A stretch of DNA of 64,000 nucleotides from Azolla caroliniana (lineage: Eukaryota; Plantae; Polypodiophyta), in NCBI GenBank assembly GCA_043228905.1, contig JBHGNT010000003.1:22816001-22880000 (forward strand), in the 5' to 3' direction. Under the pieces are notes generated by a model. That model was not told the DNA's origin. It did no database searches and saw nothing but the letters and a program-made list of their open reading frames with translations. Both the position numbers and the translations under genes were made by a program. Position 1 is the stretch's first letter; each line of letters begins with the position of its first letter. Shown piece after piece: positions 35,130 to 49,373 of the stretch.

Positions 35130-35482
35130 TAAGCTCAATCAAAAAAGAGTGCAGGAATCACACATTAGGTACTGATCAGAAAGGTCAGAATGTCTGTGTC
35201 TGTGTAGGTGTTTAAAAAGCCTCCTCGTACGTAACCAAAGGAGTTGATTATCATCGCAGATTGATCTGTCACAGATTTGTACATGGATGGGTTTTGGTTC
35301 ATGTTAAGTTTTAATCCTATAAGTTCAATCAAAAAATAAGTGCAGAAGTCACACATTAGGTACTGATCAGAAAGGTCAGAAATAGAATGCTTGTGTCTGT
35401 GTGGCTGTTGTTTAGAAAGGCTCCTCGTAACCAAAGGAGTTGATTATCGTCACAGATTGATCTGTCACAGATTGTACATGGA
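35130..35482. repeat. Tandem duplication, ~160-190 bp x2
   Basis: tcaatcaaaaaa...gtgcag...cacacattaggtactgatcagaaaggtcagaa...gtaaccaaaggagttgattatc...cagattgatctgtcacagatt..gtacatggat occurs twice. Confidence 0.85.
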
Positions 35483-37445
35483 TAGAAATCCACCAGATTA
35501 TGTCTGTATATTCGATTTTTCTGAAATTTGCAAGAAATTCGTTGTATTGTTTTGTTCAGAAAGAAGCTGGGTGTGTACCCAAGAATGATGTTAACTGAAT
35601 GGATATGTCATACTAGAGATTTGAAGAGAATTTTGTTTTCCAAATGTAAATGTTTTACCCTAAAATAGAACATGTGCCCTAAACCCTAAAGGCTGTAGCA
35701 TATACCCTAAATGTGGTACCTTTTACAGTACTTTAATAGTAGTGCTTCTAAAATGTATGTGCATTTCTCATCTTTTGGAATTACACTTGATATATGAATA
35801 TAGAATCCAAAGGCTATGGGAGCATAGTAACAAATGTAATGTCATTATAGAACATTTGCTATGGTTTGCCTACTTTGACCATGAGATTATTTTTCTAGTG
35901 GGATTTATAGAATAGATTATCTTTATCGCCCATTAGAAGGCCAAATTTGAACTATGTATGGAAACCCGATAAATATATTATCTTGTATGTCACTCCTTCC
36001 TAAGAATGATTTGTCGTAAAATTTCTTTATGTGAAAGTAATGCACACACGTGTGTGTTCAGCCTTCTTCGTGGAGATTTGAGTATAAAATATAAATTATC
36101 ATGCATCTAACAAGTCATCATACTTGCAACGTACCTCTTATGCTGAGCATGAAAGAAGTGATATTAAGTCTCCACTAGGTTTTCATTACATATCTTCATC
36201 CTTGTGATGAGGCCATGATGTTACTCTTGTGAGCTAGTTCGAAAAAGTGTTTAGCTTCTTTGGGGTAGTAAGATGCACTTTGATACACTAACTTGTGTGA
36301 ACTAGCTCAAAAAGGTGTTTAGTTGGCTCGTGGGGCAATAACTTATAACCTACACTTGGGGCCAACATCAAGGGTTAACATTTACAATGCAATATTCCAC
36401 TTTTGACATTTTAATATCTTGCTACCACATCCTTAGTGCCTCAAGTAATCTATCCTCCATGATCACACATATTCATAGCATCATCTAAGAGATTCGAGGT
36501 AAGATGGGCTTTGATAAATATTCAAACTCCTCATCTTCTATACCATTTCATAGTACCTAGTCATATGTTCCAAGTTTGTTTTCACAACCTATGATTGGGC
36601 ATATTCTTGACTTTTGTGATATGCTTGTATTCTCTTTACAAGGCTAGCACCTCAATGGGCCAAGCATATGTTACAAATAGCATGACAAGGTAGGATGTTG
36701 AATTGGTTAGAGCAATGCTCTATCAAGAAAAAAGTTGCAATTGAGGACTTAATTTCCAATTTTCTACATAAAAACATTTTCTTTATTTTCTCTATTTCAT
36801 TTCATGCATTGGATGAGATATTGCCTCCTCACACTCTCCATCCTCAAGTATCACTTTGGTTGCATTGATTCTTAAATATATAATAACTATTTTGCATACA
36901 CTCCAACTTATTTATTGATGGGATTAATATCACTTGTATTGATCCTCCCATTGTGTAAAAAGTGGAAAAATGTCCTAGTTTATTGCCTCTATTACCATCA
37001 TTTTTGTTTTGTTCATTTGACACAATGTTTCTAATCAATCATGTTGTATATCATCCAAATTATATGAGAATAGCATATCATGAACATATAGAAATAACAA
37101 TCTAATCCATTTCTAGACCGAACATTGTGGGAGAAACACAATCCACTTCACTAAGCTATCACTTCAATAATCGAAGGGATCATCTTTGATTGTCGGATCA
37201 TTATATTGAAAGTCAATGGATGCTTCAATATGCACATATCTATTTGGTAACGTTTTGAAAACAAATTTCCGGGCTACTTGGATCTATGCTAATTTTCCAC
37301 ATCTAGTCAATCTTACTCTTTGAGCTTTGTAGCTAAATTATCATGCCCCAATGTCATTGTACTCAATTTGAGTTATGTGGTTTCAAGGAGTGCTAAAGAG
37401 GTGGTGATAGTAGAATAGAAATAAAGTTGAAAAGTATAGATGTGA

Positions 37446-37500
<55 letters not shown>
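37446..37500. repeat. Compound (TG)n(AG)n microsatellite
   Basis: Seen directly in the sequence. Confidence 0.95.
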
Positions 37501-37501
<1 letters not shown>

Positions 37502-39031
37502 AGAAAAAGAAAAAGTTGGACACAAACTATAGTAGGAGTTTTGCTCTTAGTTGGAGCTCATTAATGTCTTACCTTAGAATACACGAGGGAGTTTTATATA
37601 CTAGTTCGTGTCCCAAGGTGAGATCCTTGGACCATATGGTTTTGATTACATGTAGTAACTTACAATCAAAACTTAGTTGGAGCTCATTAATTCCCTGACC
37701 TTAGAATACATGAAGGGGAGTTTTATACTCTAGATTGTGTCCCAAGGTGAGATCCTTGGACAATATGGTTTTGATTACACGTAGTGAGTAGCTTACCATC
37801 CAAACTTAGTCCAAACCGAACTAGACATAAATGTAGTGTGTTAGATTTGGTCCAACACAATAAGGGGCATGGAACATGGTTTTAAGTCTAATTCTTTTAT
37901 AAGCTGAAGTACAATTTAGTGAGAAGTGCTAGTAAATCTAAGTTTAAATACGAAGGGTTGTCTAGTTTTGCACGTTTTATGGTTTCTATTATGGGTGTGA
38001 AACAAAACACGATAAAAGCAGCTATGAATAAAATTAGGGGGGTAACCTTCGGGGATGCCTCAATTATCATGCACAATGTCCACTTACTAAATTTGAGTTG
38101 AACATTCCTTTTTTTTATTGAAATGATGTCAGAATCATTAAGAATCTTCGACAAACCATCAATAACCTTTAGTGAAGACTTTGGCACATTTCTTAGAGAT
38201 CTTACAAATTGTTAATTTTTAGCAAAGTATTATCTCCAGCTGTAAATTACAATGCAAGTGCAGTGTAGATGTCTAGAAATTTAAACTAGAGTATCCTCAG
38301 TATTTCTTCTCCCTATTCCATGTTACTTCTAGGCAGCCCAACACTCGCAAAAAGGATCAGCCTTGCAGTAATTTCTCAGGTTTAATACTTGGATTTAGAA
38401 GGGCAATGTAATATCAAAATAATCCAGATGACTAGGTATAAGACCATGTTTAGTAATAATAATCAGACAGAGCAAATAAAAGATTGTCTTAAGAGTCCAT
38501 CTAACAGTCAATAGCACGCATAACATAGGCCATGTAGTTTATAGGCAATTACTTCTCTGAGCATTCATTAGCCAATTGATCAAACTGAAATTAAACCTGA
38601 ATACAATATGATCAAATCTCTTTAAGTTTAATGAATCTCTTCAAACCTGTAACTTAATTCAAAATCTAACATCTAACTCAAATAAAAATGCAGACATAAG
38701 AATGCTTGCTGAAACAATAAATGCGTGATTTTATCTCTTATGACAGATAAGCCAACAAAAATCTGCAACTTCCAGTCACAAGTTAATTCAAAATTTAACT
38801 GTCATACTTTTAACTCAAAGTGAAACATAGAGATGAACATGTGTGATCAAATGTCTTAAAAGGGGGATAATATACCAACCAAAATATGGTGAAGATTTTT
38901 TCCCCCAATCGAATTTGTTGCACTAGATCACTGCAAGATCTTTGCAAGAATGATCCTGCAACTATACAAAGAAAACTGGGAAAAAGCGTAGTTTACAACA
39001 TCCCCTCAGCAGTTTTGAAGCAAAACAGTTA

Positions 39032-42000
39032 TCATTTACAAACGCTAAGTAAAGAATGCACAACATGCATGACTAGCCTTGTAGAGTTTGCTAGCTCTGG
39101 GGTTAAAGGTGTTTTTGCTAAGGCATGAAGATTACTGTAAAGTTGTTCAAGGAAACGTCGCATGTGCGGTGCCAGAGCAGGATCATGAGGATTCAATGCT
39201 AATGCTGCATCTTTGATCCACATGAGCTTTTTACCAGTATCTTGTCCAAGATCACATCCAAGTTGTTGAACTAACGACAAAAGAACCCCTTGGCTCAAAG
39301 GAGGTGGTGACATTGTACACATAGTTGCAAGATCCACCTGCGATGCCATCAAAAATATCTATTCTTATCAATAATAAATTTCATCATTAATACACATCTA
39401 AAACCAATTAATATATGTTAATAAAAAGAGTGCTGTTCATATGAAAACTGGGAGAACGAAAGCTTCTTAGTCATATGCGAGGAGGAAAGGTAATAAATGC
39501 AAAAAGTTATTACATGAAAGAGGATAAGTAATGAAATTCAATATAATAGAAATCACAATGAATAACAGGTTTCCAAAGAAATAATAAGAGAGAAGTTAGG
39601 GAATTGACTAAGCCATAACATGGAAGAAAAGAGGAAATGTGCAAAGTCAATAAAATGATAGAATTCATTTGCAAGGAAGAGGTTCCCTAAGCATTTATTA
39701 CTAGGATCAGAGAAAAATGGAAGTCATTGGAGAAAGAAATAGATATTTATGACTCTCTGGAGCCAAAATGACCTTCAAAACCAACAGATTACATCTGAAA
39801 ATGTTGTCCTATCTTGGTCAAGGAAAAAACAAAATAAGTGCACAAATATATATTTAGAAAAACTGCTCAAGGTATCATGGCTATCTCTCAAACACTTGGC
39901 TAAGAGAATACCCAGAAACATATGCTCCTAAGGAATTTTTAGATAGTGTAGACAACGAACAAATCAACTGACATGGGAGAGAAGAGACAAACTAACACAT
40001 GGTTGGAATAATTTACATGGATGTTCACTATGATAAAATAGCTGGGAAATCATTACATGCAAATTGAGGACAAAGAAGTGGAGATACAGTCTATAGAAAG
40101 TAGTCACCTGATTACACAACCAAGAAACAATTCCTACATCAGTTCGTGATAGTGCTTTGTTAAACGCCTCCTCCAGTTTCCCTTCTGCAACTAGTCTTGC
40201 CAATTCTTTGGTGGGATCTAGCGACTCCTCTACATGTTCTACTGTCATGGCCTGGTATTAAATAAATGTAGAAATAAATAAAAGAAAATTATCATTCAAA
40301 ACTGATACAATTACAAATACATAAAAGAAAACTGTCAAAATACACATCCCCCTCGCAAAATTCCTAAAGTAAGCTTCAATTTTCTAAATCTTTTATCAAC
40401 AACTTCGCTTTCACAGAAGAATAATTATCTTGGAGTGTAATAATTGTCTTTTTTTGAAGCATCTAAATTGAAAATTCGAACCTATTACGTTTTAGCATCC
40501 ATACTCCATGATATTATCAAGGCAGAGATTGCCACACCACCAATAGCTAAAGGCTCTCATCAGGTTAATGTTCTTTCTTCAAAGTACACGAATGCCACCT
40601 AGACATATATATGCCATTTTGGCTTTGAGGACTTTAGACTGTTGAGAGAGTGAGGGCAACTCTTTACATTGGTATGCCCAAATAGCATCATGGTATTCCA
40701 TGGTTTCAGCATAGACACATTAACTCCCTTCCAGTACTCCTTGAGGACTTTAGACTGTTGAGAGAGTGAGGGCAACTCTTTACATTGGTATGCCCAAATA
40801 GCATCATGGTATTCCATGGTTTCAGCATAGACACATTAACTCCCTTCCGGTACTCCTTGAATGTGCTATCATTTGCACCAACTCACTCAGAGATTAGCAA
40901 ACACCAGGCAAGATCTCATTCAGCAGCTTGAGACTAGGAAGATATAGATGGAACCTATGGATTGATAAGATATCAAGATGTCCTAATGAGACCAACTTCT
41001 ATACATCATTTCCCAAGTCTCTATACAACAGAGAGAATCTGGTGTAATAAATTTTATGAGACCATCATAATTTTGTTTGTGGTTCTTTGAATTGTGTCTC
41101 TGCATATTTTTCAGGGCCACCGCAGACCGCACTGGCAGCTTCACATAGGAAGAACCAGGGCCCTGTGAATATTACCTCTAGGTATACATAGAATAATGTA
41201 TATGCAACCTTTTCATCTCCCAAAAAGATTTCTGTCTCTGATCTTTTGACCCATGTTGCAGTGGTGTTGTGTACATACCATTACTTGGCAGTTTTATCAA
41301 GGTTTACCAACAAATCTTTATTTGTACAAAAAGACTTTAAATGGCCTATGGTTTACTAAACAGTGAGGGATATCCTGGAATTTTGAAAGTAGACGTGGTA
41401 ATTCAGGAATTTCGTTAAAAGGTTAGAGCTGTTTTGGAAAGTTTCCCAATAAATATGCGTTTGAAACAGATACATGTACAATTAAACAAAAGAGAAAACC
41501 TTCTCCGGAATCATTGAACGAGCAACGCCTACATTCTCAATAAGAGTAAGCAGCTTCTTTTGTCCATCAGCCACATCTTCTTTCATTGTTGCAGCAATGC
41601 TTGTCACAGATGCAGCCGCTTCCTATTCAAATAGTATCCAGTTAGTACGAATATAAAACTTACTAATTTTAACACACCCTCGGTCTCCTTACTACGTTAG
41701 CAGAAAAGAAAGAAATGTTTCTCAACACATGCCTGTAGGGCTGTTGTAAGAGCGCTATGAGAAGAAACCATTTGCTTTTGTACTTGCATCTGATACTCAG
41801 ATAAGCCTTTCTGGAATGTAGCATCTACTTGTCCAAACATTTCTTGGCAAGCCCGTTCAAAACCTGGGATAATGGATGTCTCTAGAGAGGAGGCTAATCC
41901 ATCCTGGAAATACATACAACAATATCATTATATCAAACTAGACAAAATCAAGTAAACACGTAAATTTAATATATTAAGCAATTCATCATGATTTAACTTC

Positions 42001-45000
42001 TTTCAACTGGCAAGCACATAAAGAATATTATAAACATAATGCTAAATATATGTTTAACCTGTAAAGCTTGCTTTCCACAGGTTAGGAATTGTGTTTGAAG
42101 TTGCTTTCCAAGTATGGCTTCAATCTTCCCTCCAACTGACTTATCAAGCTGGGCGATGGCTTTCTCTGAAATACCTTTCTGCACACAATTCAAAACCTCA
42201 TCATCAATTTTTGAAGGATGTGCATGTTCGTAAAGGATGTACTGTTGTAAATTGTGTTAATGAGAATGTACTAACGTATTAAGACTTCATGAACGACCTT
42301 TAGGACAACTAATGTTTTAAAAACTGCCCCACCCATTCTAAAATTCCCCTAGGTTTTAGTTTTTGCAGGTTGTGGTCATCTGGGATATGGTATTTAAGCG
42401 AACACCACACCACTATATTTCTATGTTTTGCTCTCGATCGCCAAGGCTTTGGCACTGGGTTCATGGAAAAAACCTTATATAAAGGCTTCTGACACCACAC
42501 TCACACACTCAGAGAAACTAGAGCTTCCCTTTCCCTCTTAGAAGTCGTTTGCATGCAAAACACCCTGCTATCACTTCAATACATTTGTTTTCCATGCAAT
42601 ACAGCATTTGTTTCTTATAGCCCATCTACCCAAATTCTTTGAAGAATAGCATCAGATATATCAAATACTACCGAGCTAATCATAAAAGTATGTTCCATCT
42701 TGCTAGCAACAAACCCCTGCAAGGATGATATAACAGCTATATTTGTAAGGGTCTCCTTATTTGCTGGATAGTCTGTTATGTCTCTCTTTTGAGAACAGGG
42801 ATTGCATGGCTCCTAGCAAGTAGACGAGAATGGTGAATGGTCACCACTTAGTCAAGATAATCTGATTGGTTTACAACTTAGGAAGACAGAAGGCTATGAT
42901 GGTCCAGCACGCGAGCACTTGTATATACATGGGATATCTTTTTTCACTTCTGGTATACATCGTTGGCAGGGATTCATACAGAGGTTTCTCACCTAGCTAG
43001 ATTCACCACCAAGATGCATTGATCACTCACAACAACTTGGATGGGGGATCGACCTTGATACAGTGGGCGATCTTCGGGATATCTTGGCCCTAGTCCTAAT
43101 GCCAAATATGTTAGACTTGACGTAATTGGATCTTGTTTCTTGATCTTCACCTAAAGGTTGATTTTGGTCTTGTTCTTTATCTGAGATTCACCTTGGACTT
43201 TGATCTTGGTTATCCAGTAGAAAGGCTGAGTCTTTGGATAGAGATGCAAGTGCTACAGACATATTGTGACAATTCGAAACATCAAATCCTACTAGTCTAA
43301 TATGATACACAGCTGACTAAGAATGCATTTATCCTTGGAGGACACAGAAATGTCGCTGTTATTCTAGCAGCAGTGTCCTTCAAGAAGTTGTTAGCTTTAA
43401 CTGCTGCGAAACATTGAGGATTTCAAGAGATAAGCAAGTGCTACAGATATACTTTCACTAGTTAAAACATCATGTCCAACTAGTCTAACATGATATGCAG
43501 CAGACAAAGAATACATTTATCCTTGGAGGATACAGAAATTCAGCTCTGTTATTCTTGCAGCAGTTTCCTTCAAGAAGTTGTTAGCTTTAACTGCTGCAAA
43601 ACATTTAGGCATTGGAGAGACAAGCAACTGCTACAGATATACTGTTGAGATTTAAAACATCAAATCCGACAAGTCTAATATGATATACCATCTGACCAAG
43701 AATATATCCATCTTCGGAGGACACAAATTCGGCTGGTATTCTTGCTGGAGTTACATTCACAAAGTTGTTGCCTTTAATTAAGCTTGGGATATTCATTAAA
43801 AAATGGAATCCATATTTTCTAGACATATGCATAATAAGAGCTGTACGGCCTTTATATCAACCACATTCACCATTAAAACACTAGTCTACATCCATACACA
43901 AAGTAAGGAATATGATGAAAATGTCCAAAAAGGGACAGCCTATTACAAACCTGAAAGGTTTCACTCACTGCACTGGAAATAGCTTTTTCAATGCTTGGGG
44001 TAACAAGTCGTGCAATTGAAGATCCTATGGAAGCAAGCTCCTTCTTTGCAGATCTCTCAAAGGCTGCAGGCATATCTTTATTGAAAATATTTGAAAGCAT
44101 TGTGGTCATCTGTTCAGTACGTTCCCTCTCAATAATTTCACGTTTGGCATTATCCTCTTGCAAATGAACCATTATTTCATCAACTTGTGCTTTAAGCAAC
44201 TTTTCCATGCGTTGACCAAGAGTAACCTCCATACTCTTTACTTCTTTCGCAACAGGAATGGAAATTAGATTCCCCATCTGTTTCTGGAATTCCCGCTGCA
44301 TAATTACTAGCTATAATACAGAAAATAGCAAGAGTATCAGCTTTAGAATAAAGAAATAAAGATTTATTAACATCTCTTAAGAGGCCAAAATGGCCTCACA
44401 CTAAACAAGAATTAATATTGCTAGTAGTGAAATACCCTGAATATCTCTCAGGATTTAGCTAAAGATATACAAATATATTTTACATGCTCTTGGGTAAAGA
44501 AAAATATTCTCCTCAACTAAGCATATAGCCCAATGAGCTACAGAAGTTAAAAATATTGCATAAACAATACATGAGTCTAAACTGTCTGAACAAAGTCGTA
44601 CCTGATTGAAAGAATCTTGGAGGGTGTTAATCTGTGCAGCTATAGCAGATGGAAATGTATTACTGCTTAACACACTTACTGAACCTTGTTCACCAGCACT
44701 TACTGAGGACTCGGGAATGTCTGAAGGTGGAGGTATCATTGACATTGGAGTATTGGCATCAGTTTTATTCTTATTTTTCTTTTTACGGGTTCGTGAAGCT
44801 ACCAACAATGTTGATGAATCATCAATCTTCACTGAAACTTCTTTGAGCTGTTCACATAACTCATCTAGCACAGGTCCACTGGACAATTGCTCTTCTCTGG
44901 TGCTTTCTTCAGATTCTTTACTAGGCTCAAAGTGGAGTCGATCAACTACATTGACCTCTTTCCTGAGATCTGAAACAACTAGATTATTCTCCAAACTAGT

Positions 45001-48000
45001 ATCATCAGTATAAACCAGATTACTATCGGTCACTTCTTTTGTTTCAACTGTTAATACATCTAGATCCATCTTTTCAATGTAGTCTTCTACCTTTGATCCC
45101 GATTCAGTCAGTTTCTCTGATATAATGTTAGGTTCTTCAAGAGGAGAAGCCATCTTTACTACTTCAGATTCTCCTTTCATTCTTGCAGCCATGGACATTA
45201 GCTCAAAGGGTGTTACCAAATGCTGCTCTGCCATAGCTGATGATGATGATGCAGTAGTTGTAGAAATAACCTGCCAATCTGTGTCCTCACTTATTCGCAT
45301 AATCTCATTTGATGATCTCTTTGGAGACAGAGGATAAGAACTCGGAATATACAAATCAGGATTACTTTCCAGCTCTCCACTAGTCTGCTCAAATACACGA
45401 ACGTACTCCTGTTCTTGTGGTAAGGTGCTCAATTTTGGACTCTTTACAGACAACTTGGCAACTGATGATCCTCTGGGACTTAACGTAACAGGTCCAACAT
45501 GAGGAATGGGAGCTACTATCGTGGGAATGTTAAGTGAAAGTTCATTATCTTCTGGTTCTTTTTTGGAAGAACCGATAAACAATCGTACATTAGAGCTTGT
45601 TTGTTCTACATTAGCAGATGAAAAATGATCATCATTGACAGATTCTTCGGTCAAAGATATCCCTGATATTGGACCTGGTGATTGCTCCCTTAACATGGAA
45701 CTTACTTCATATGCACCAGAAGAAGGTTGTGTATCCATTGAATGCTTTATATTATATGCTTTTACATTGTTTTCAATGGTAAAAGTTGATGTTTCTAATG
45801 GAGGCACACAAAGTGACAAGTCCAGAGAATATTGTTGTATAGCCTGTGTTTGAACACAGTAGAAGTGCAAAATTCCATCATCATAAGAAGTGTTGTGTCC
45901 AGTAGCAGTAATACTTAGAATGGGCATCGTTACTGAGAATTCTGCCAGATAATCCATTCGCGTGGCAGAAGGACTGGAACCATAGTCCACATGAACTACA
46001 TATAATGCATTCTTCTTTGCATTTGCCAATAAAATTAGAGATGCTTTGGACACCACTAGGACTTGATTGAAGAATGAATCTTCAGGTGAGCCTCCCAAAG
46101 AGCTCTTAAACTCAAGTGTCTGGATACATTTCCAGTTTACAGAACCTGAGGTAGGGAACCATCCTTCTTCACTCGATGGCACCCACAGTTTGAGCTCTCT
46201 ATTAAGAGGACCCTGACAAAAGAAAGAAAGAAGGATTTATTACCACCTCTAAAATACCATAATGGCCTAGCAAAGATGTATTTCGGCTCTAGTTCATAAA
46301 ACTGATCCGTAATAATCTTTTTCTTTCTATGAAAAATATAAGTAAATTAACATTGTACCGCAGTAACAAGAACTATATGGTCAGCATGATGAGAAGGTGC
46401 TAGAAATGACACTGCTCCAACTGGTAAACCAGAATGTGGAGTCAGTGTACCACATAAAAACATGCTTCGATCTGTCCACAACCGTACCTGGAAAAACCAA
46501 ACACCACATGGATTTGAGCTGACTCTGAAGAAAAATTGCTTCAGAACTTTGTCTATTCCTGGAATTAATTACAATAATAATAAATAGAATCTCCAAAATA
46601 CCGTTCCATCCTTTGACGCTGAAGCTAACAATGATCTGCTCTGATAACAAGATGAAATATCGGTAATTTCATCTTCATGCTCAGTTGAACAGTAGATACC
46701 TTCAATTGGTCTATCGACATTGCAAAGCACTGGCTCTTCTGCAACAAATCCACCGGGGGCAGCAGTCTGCTTCACTCTTTCAATGTCAATGGTTATAATA
46801 TACTTATTAATTCCAACCACTAGAACATCCTGCAAAGCAATTAATCGATCAAGATATAGTTGAAGATTGTAAAAACCATGGCATAAATACTTTTAGAAGT
46901 CAAACTATTTAAACCACCGTTGAATCAGCATGCCAGCATATCCGGGGATGGACAGATTCCCAATTCCCTGAAAATTGTATTGCGAGCAATATATTATCTG
47001 TAATTTGCAATTTATTATCTTCACCAGGACATTCTTCTATTCTACGAACAAAAATTCTTCCATCTGAACTTGCACTGTATCAAGTTTTAATTAGCATAAG
47101 TATCCAGATAAAGAACAACGATTGTGAGGAACTATGAAATATAAATATTGGTATACCTCGCTAATAGGTGAACATCTTCTGAAAAGAATTCCATATCTGT
47201 AACTCGCTGCATTAGAGGAGTCACAATGTCAAAACTTTGAGATCATAGAGAAAAATGATGGATCATGTGACTATGTAAGAACAAACGTGTTTCTAAAATT
47301 TAACATACATTTTCTGATACAATATATAAGAGGAAAACTCCGAAATACCCCTGAATTTCTTATTTCTCAAAATGCCCAAGTAATGAAGATTCAGTTTGGG
47401 GAAATAACAGAAACTCCAGGGCACTCAAGAAAATTCAAGGGCATTTCACAGTTTTCCCTTACAAAATTAGAGGCACATAGACACATGACAGATGTGATAA
47501 CAACTAACTAGAATAAGGCTCACATACCTCTGAATGGCCACGAAGCAAGTTCCGTAATGCATTATTGATATTCAGAACTCGAATGTGCCGATTTGCTCTA
47601 AGCCCATAGCATATGTAATTAACATTTACAGCAATTTGCCTACCCAAGACTAATTGTGGGTCCGAAAAATATTTTGTAATAGTGGAAGCTTCTAGTTGAG
47701 GTTGTGCTTCCCCAGAGAGTCTTGTATCAATATCATAAACTATATATTCACCCTTGAGATGCCGACCCTTTGGAGTCTTATTACTTGCAAGCCTTGTGGA
47801 GCTAGAGACTGGAGCAAGGCTAACAGGAGGAGCTGAAGGTATAGCTGAAACAGGAAACTGGGACACTTTGGGATATACATCAGGGGTCTGTGAATCAAGG
47901 AATCGTGACTCAAGTGAGCTAGAGACTCCCTTTGTTGATGGTTGATTAGTTAAAAGAGCCATCAATCGTGCACTATCCAGAGCAGGTGTGGGTGTAGGGG

Positions 48001-48397
48001 AAGGACTGGGACTGGGACTAGGATTGGATGAGTTTATGCTTTGATGCAATGAAGGACCAGATACTGATTGTGCCATTGGGGAAGAAAAACCTGGGTGTGA
48101 AAAGCCAGGTGCTGGATATGGAGGGATGTGTGGACCTTGGTCTTGAGGATATGGTGGATACTGATTATACATAGAACCTTGGGATACAAAAGGATATGAT
48201 GCAGATAGGTTAGGGTAAGGTCCCGCAGATGCATTATAACTACCAGAAATAGGGAAGTTGTGATAAGGACTTACTGGAGGAGGGTATGGATTCTGTGGTG
48301 GATTAAAACCCGATAATGGTTTATTAAAACCTGATGGTTGTGGGTTTTTGAAAAACTTATGAATGTCGAAATCCCCAGGAGATCCTGCTGAACCCAT
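39032..48397 (-). CDS. VCS: VARICOSE / enhancer of mRNA decapping 4 (EDC4/Ge-1), 12 coding exons, ~1422 aa
   Basis: Exons on -: 48397-47528, 47206-47157, 47074-46918, 46829-46602, 46487-46359, 46212-44602, 44310-43951, 42178-42059, 41903-41733, 41622-41500, 40251-40108, 39337-39032; total 4269 nt in frame. Pro-rich N-terminus; PKGRHL...[24 protein letters not shown]40 region; [13 protein letters not shown] and [15 protein letters not shown]; C-terminal Ge-1 domain [10 protein letters not shown]...EEAFNKAL...[17 protein letters not shown]. Confidence 0.95.
40625..40858. repeat. Near-perfect tandem duplication, 116 bp x2, in a VCS intron
   Basis: ttgaggactttagactgttgagagagtg...taactcccttcc(a/g)gtactcc starts at 40625 and again at 40741. 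Confidence 0.93.
43241..43790. repeat. Diverged tandem repeat, ~187 bp x3, in a VCS intron
   Basis: gcaagtgctacaga.ata...aaacatca...agtctaa.atgata...ttggaggacacagaaat...ttcaagaagttgttagctttaa recurs near 43241, 43428 and 43617. Confidence 0.85.
47330..47460. mobile_element. Small MITE with ~29-bp imperfect TIRs (Mutator-like) in VCS coding intron 1
   Basis: Left end gaggaaaactccgaaatacccctgaattt; reverse complement of right end agggaaaactgtgaaatgcccttgaattt. No clear TSD. Confidence 0.7.
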
Positions 48398-49060
48398 GAG
48401 TAGCTATGCTGATGGTACAAACTGCTTTATAATAGATGATATTACCTATACCTGTAATAATAGAAGATTATCAGATTCTTCACAATCCCAACAATAAATA
48501 TACAGATGCAGTAATTAGTTTCATGCATACATCACTTGTTCTGTTCATAAAAGACATTTGTGCCTATTTGATGGACAGTTATGCATTGTAAACCCCTATG
48601 AATTTCATAAAAAGAATATTTTCTATTTCATGAACTGTCATGTATTGTAACCCTATAAGTAGGTCCTTAAACCTAGATTTGCCGATGCCCTAATGAGACA
48701 ACATACAGATGGCAACAGTGCTGTGCTAGAAGGTTCTCAAGTTCATGGAAGAAAAGAGAGGACTACTTCAAAAGTTCTCCTAAAGGAGGCAGCCATGCAG
48801 TTGAGCCATACTTCGCAGCACATTAGTTCACTCATAACAAAAGTACAAAAAGAATAATATAACATATTAAAGGGTATATAGGGATATGTTAATACTATCA
48901 AATCCATCTAAAATCAAAGAAATGAAATGTCTGTGCTGAGCAGAGCCTTCAGACAGTAGATTATCAGCAGCAGGTGAAGATAATATATACCTTAGCCTTA
49001 ATCAAACAAAGAATTTTAAGTTGGAACTAAAAAATGTAAAGATGAATACAGAAAAATGAG

Positions 49061-49373
49061 AAAAACTGCTATATTAAAATGATATTAGCAGAAACTTTGA
49101 AAGAGAGTGCAATCTTCACATCTAATGTAGACCAGGCCCAAGAAGAGCAAGATAATTGAATTATAAAACCCATGCAATCCCACAACACTATTGCCCAAAG
49201 CCCATGACATAAAAAAACTGCTATAATAAAAGGATATTAGCAAAAACTTTGAAAGAGAGTGCAATCTTCACATGTAATGCAGACCAGGCCCAAGAAGAGC
49301 AAAATCATTGAATTATATAAAACCCATGCAATCCCACAACACTATTGCCCAAAGCCCATGACATAAAAAAACT
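49061..49373. repeat. Tandem duplication, ~152 bp x2
   Basis: aaaaactgctata...gatattagca.aaactttgaaagagagtgcaatcttcacat...agaccaggcccaagaagagcaa...cccatgacataaaaaaact occurs twice. Confidence 0.9.

Noticed and set aside
35900-38330. Possible decayed transposon coding sequence, including the 96-aa ORF at 37897-38187
   Set aside because: No diagnostic motif, termini or TSD could be recognised by eye.
42300-43240. Possible LINE ORF1 remnant on the minus strand in a VCS intron
   Set aside because: Only a vague compositional resemblance, with many stops and no poly(A) tail or TSD identified.
44455-46182. 575-aa ORF as a stand-alone gene
   Set aside because: It is the large internal exon of VCS (46212-44602) read through into the intron.
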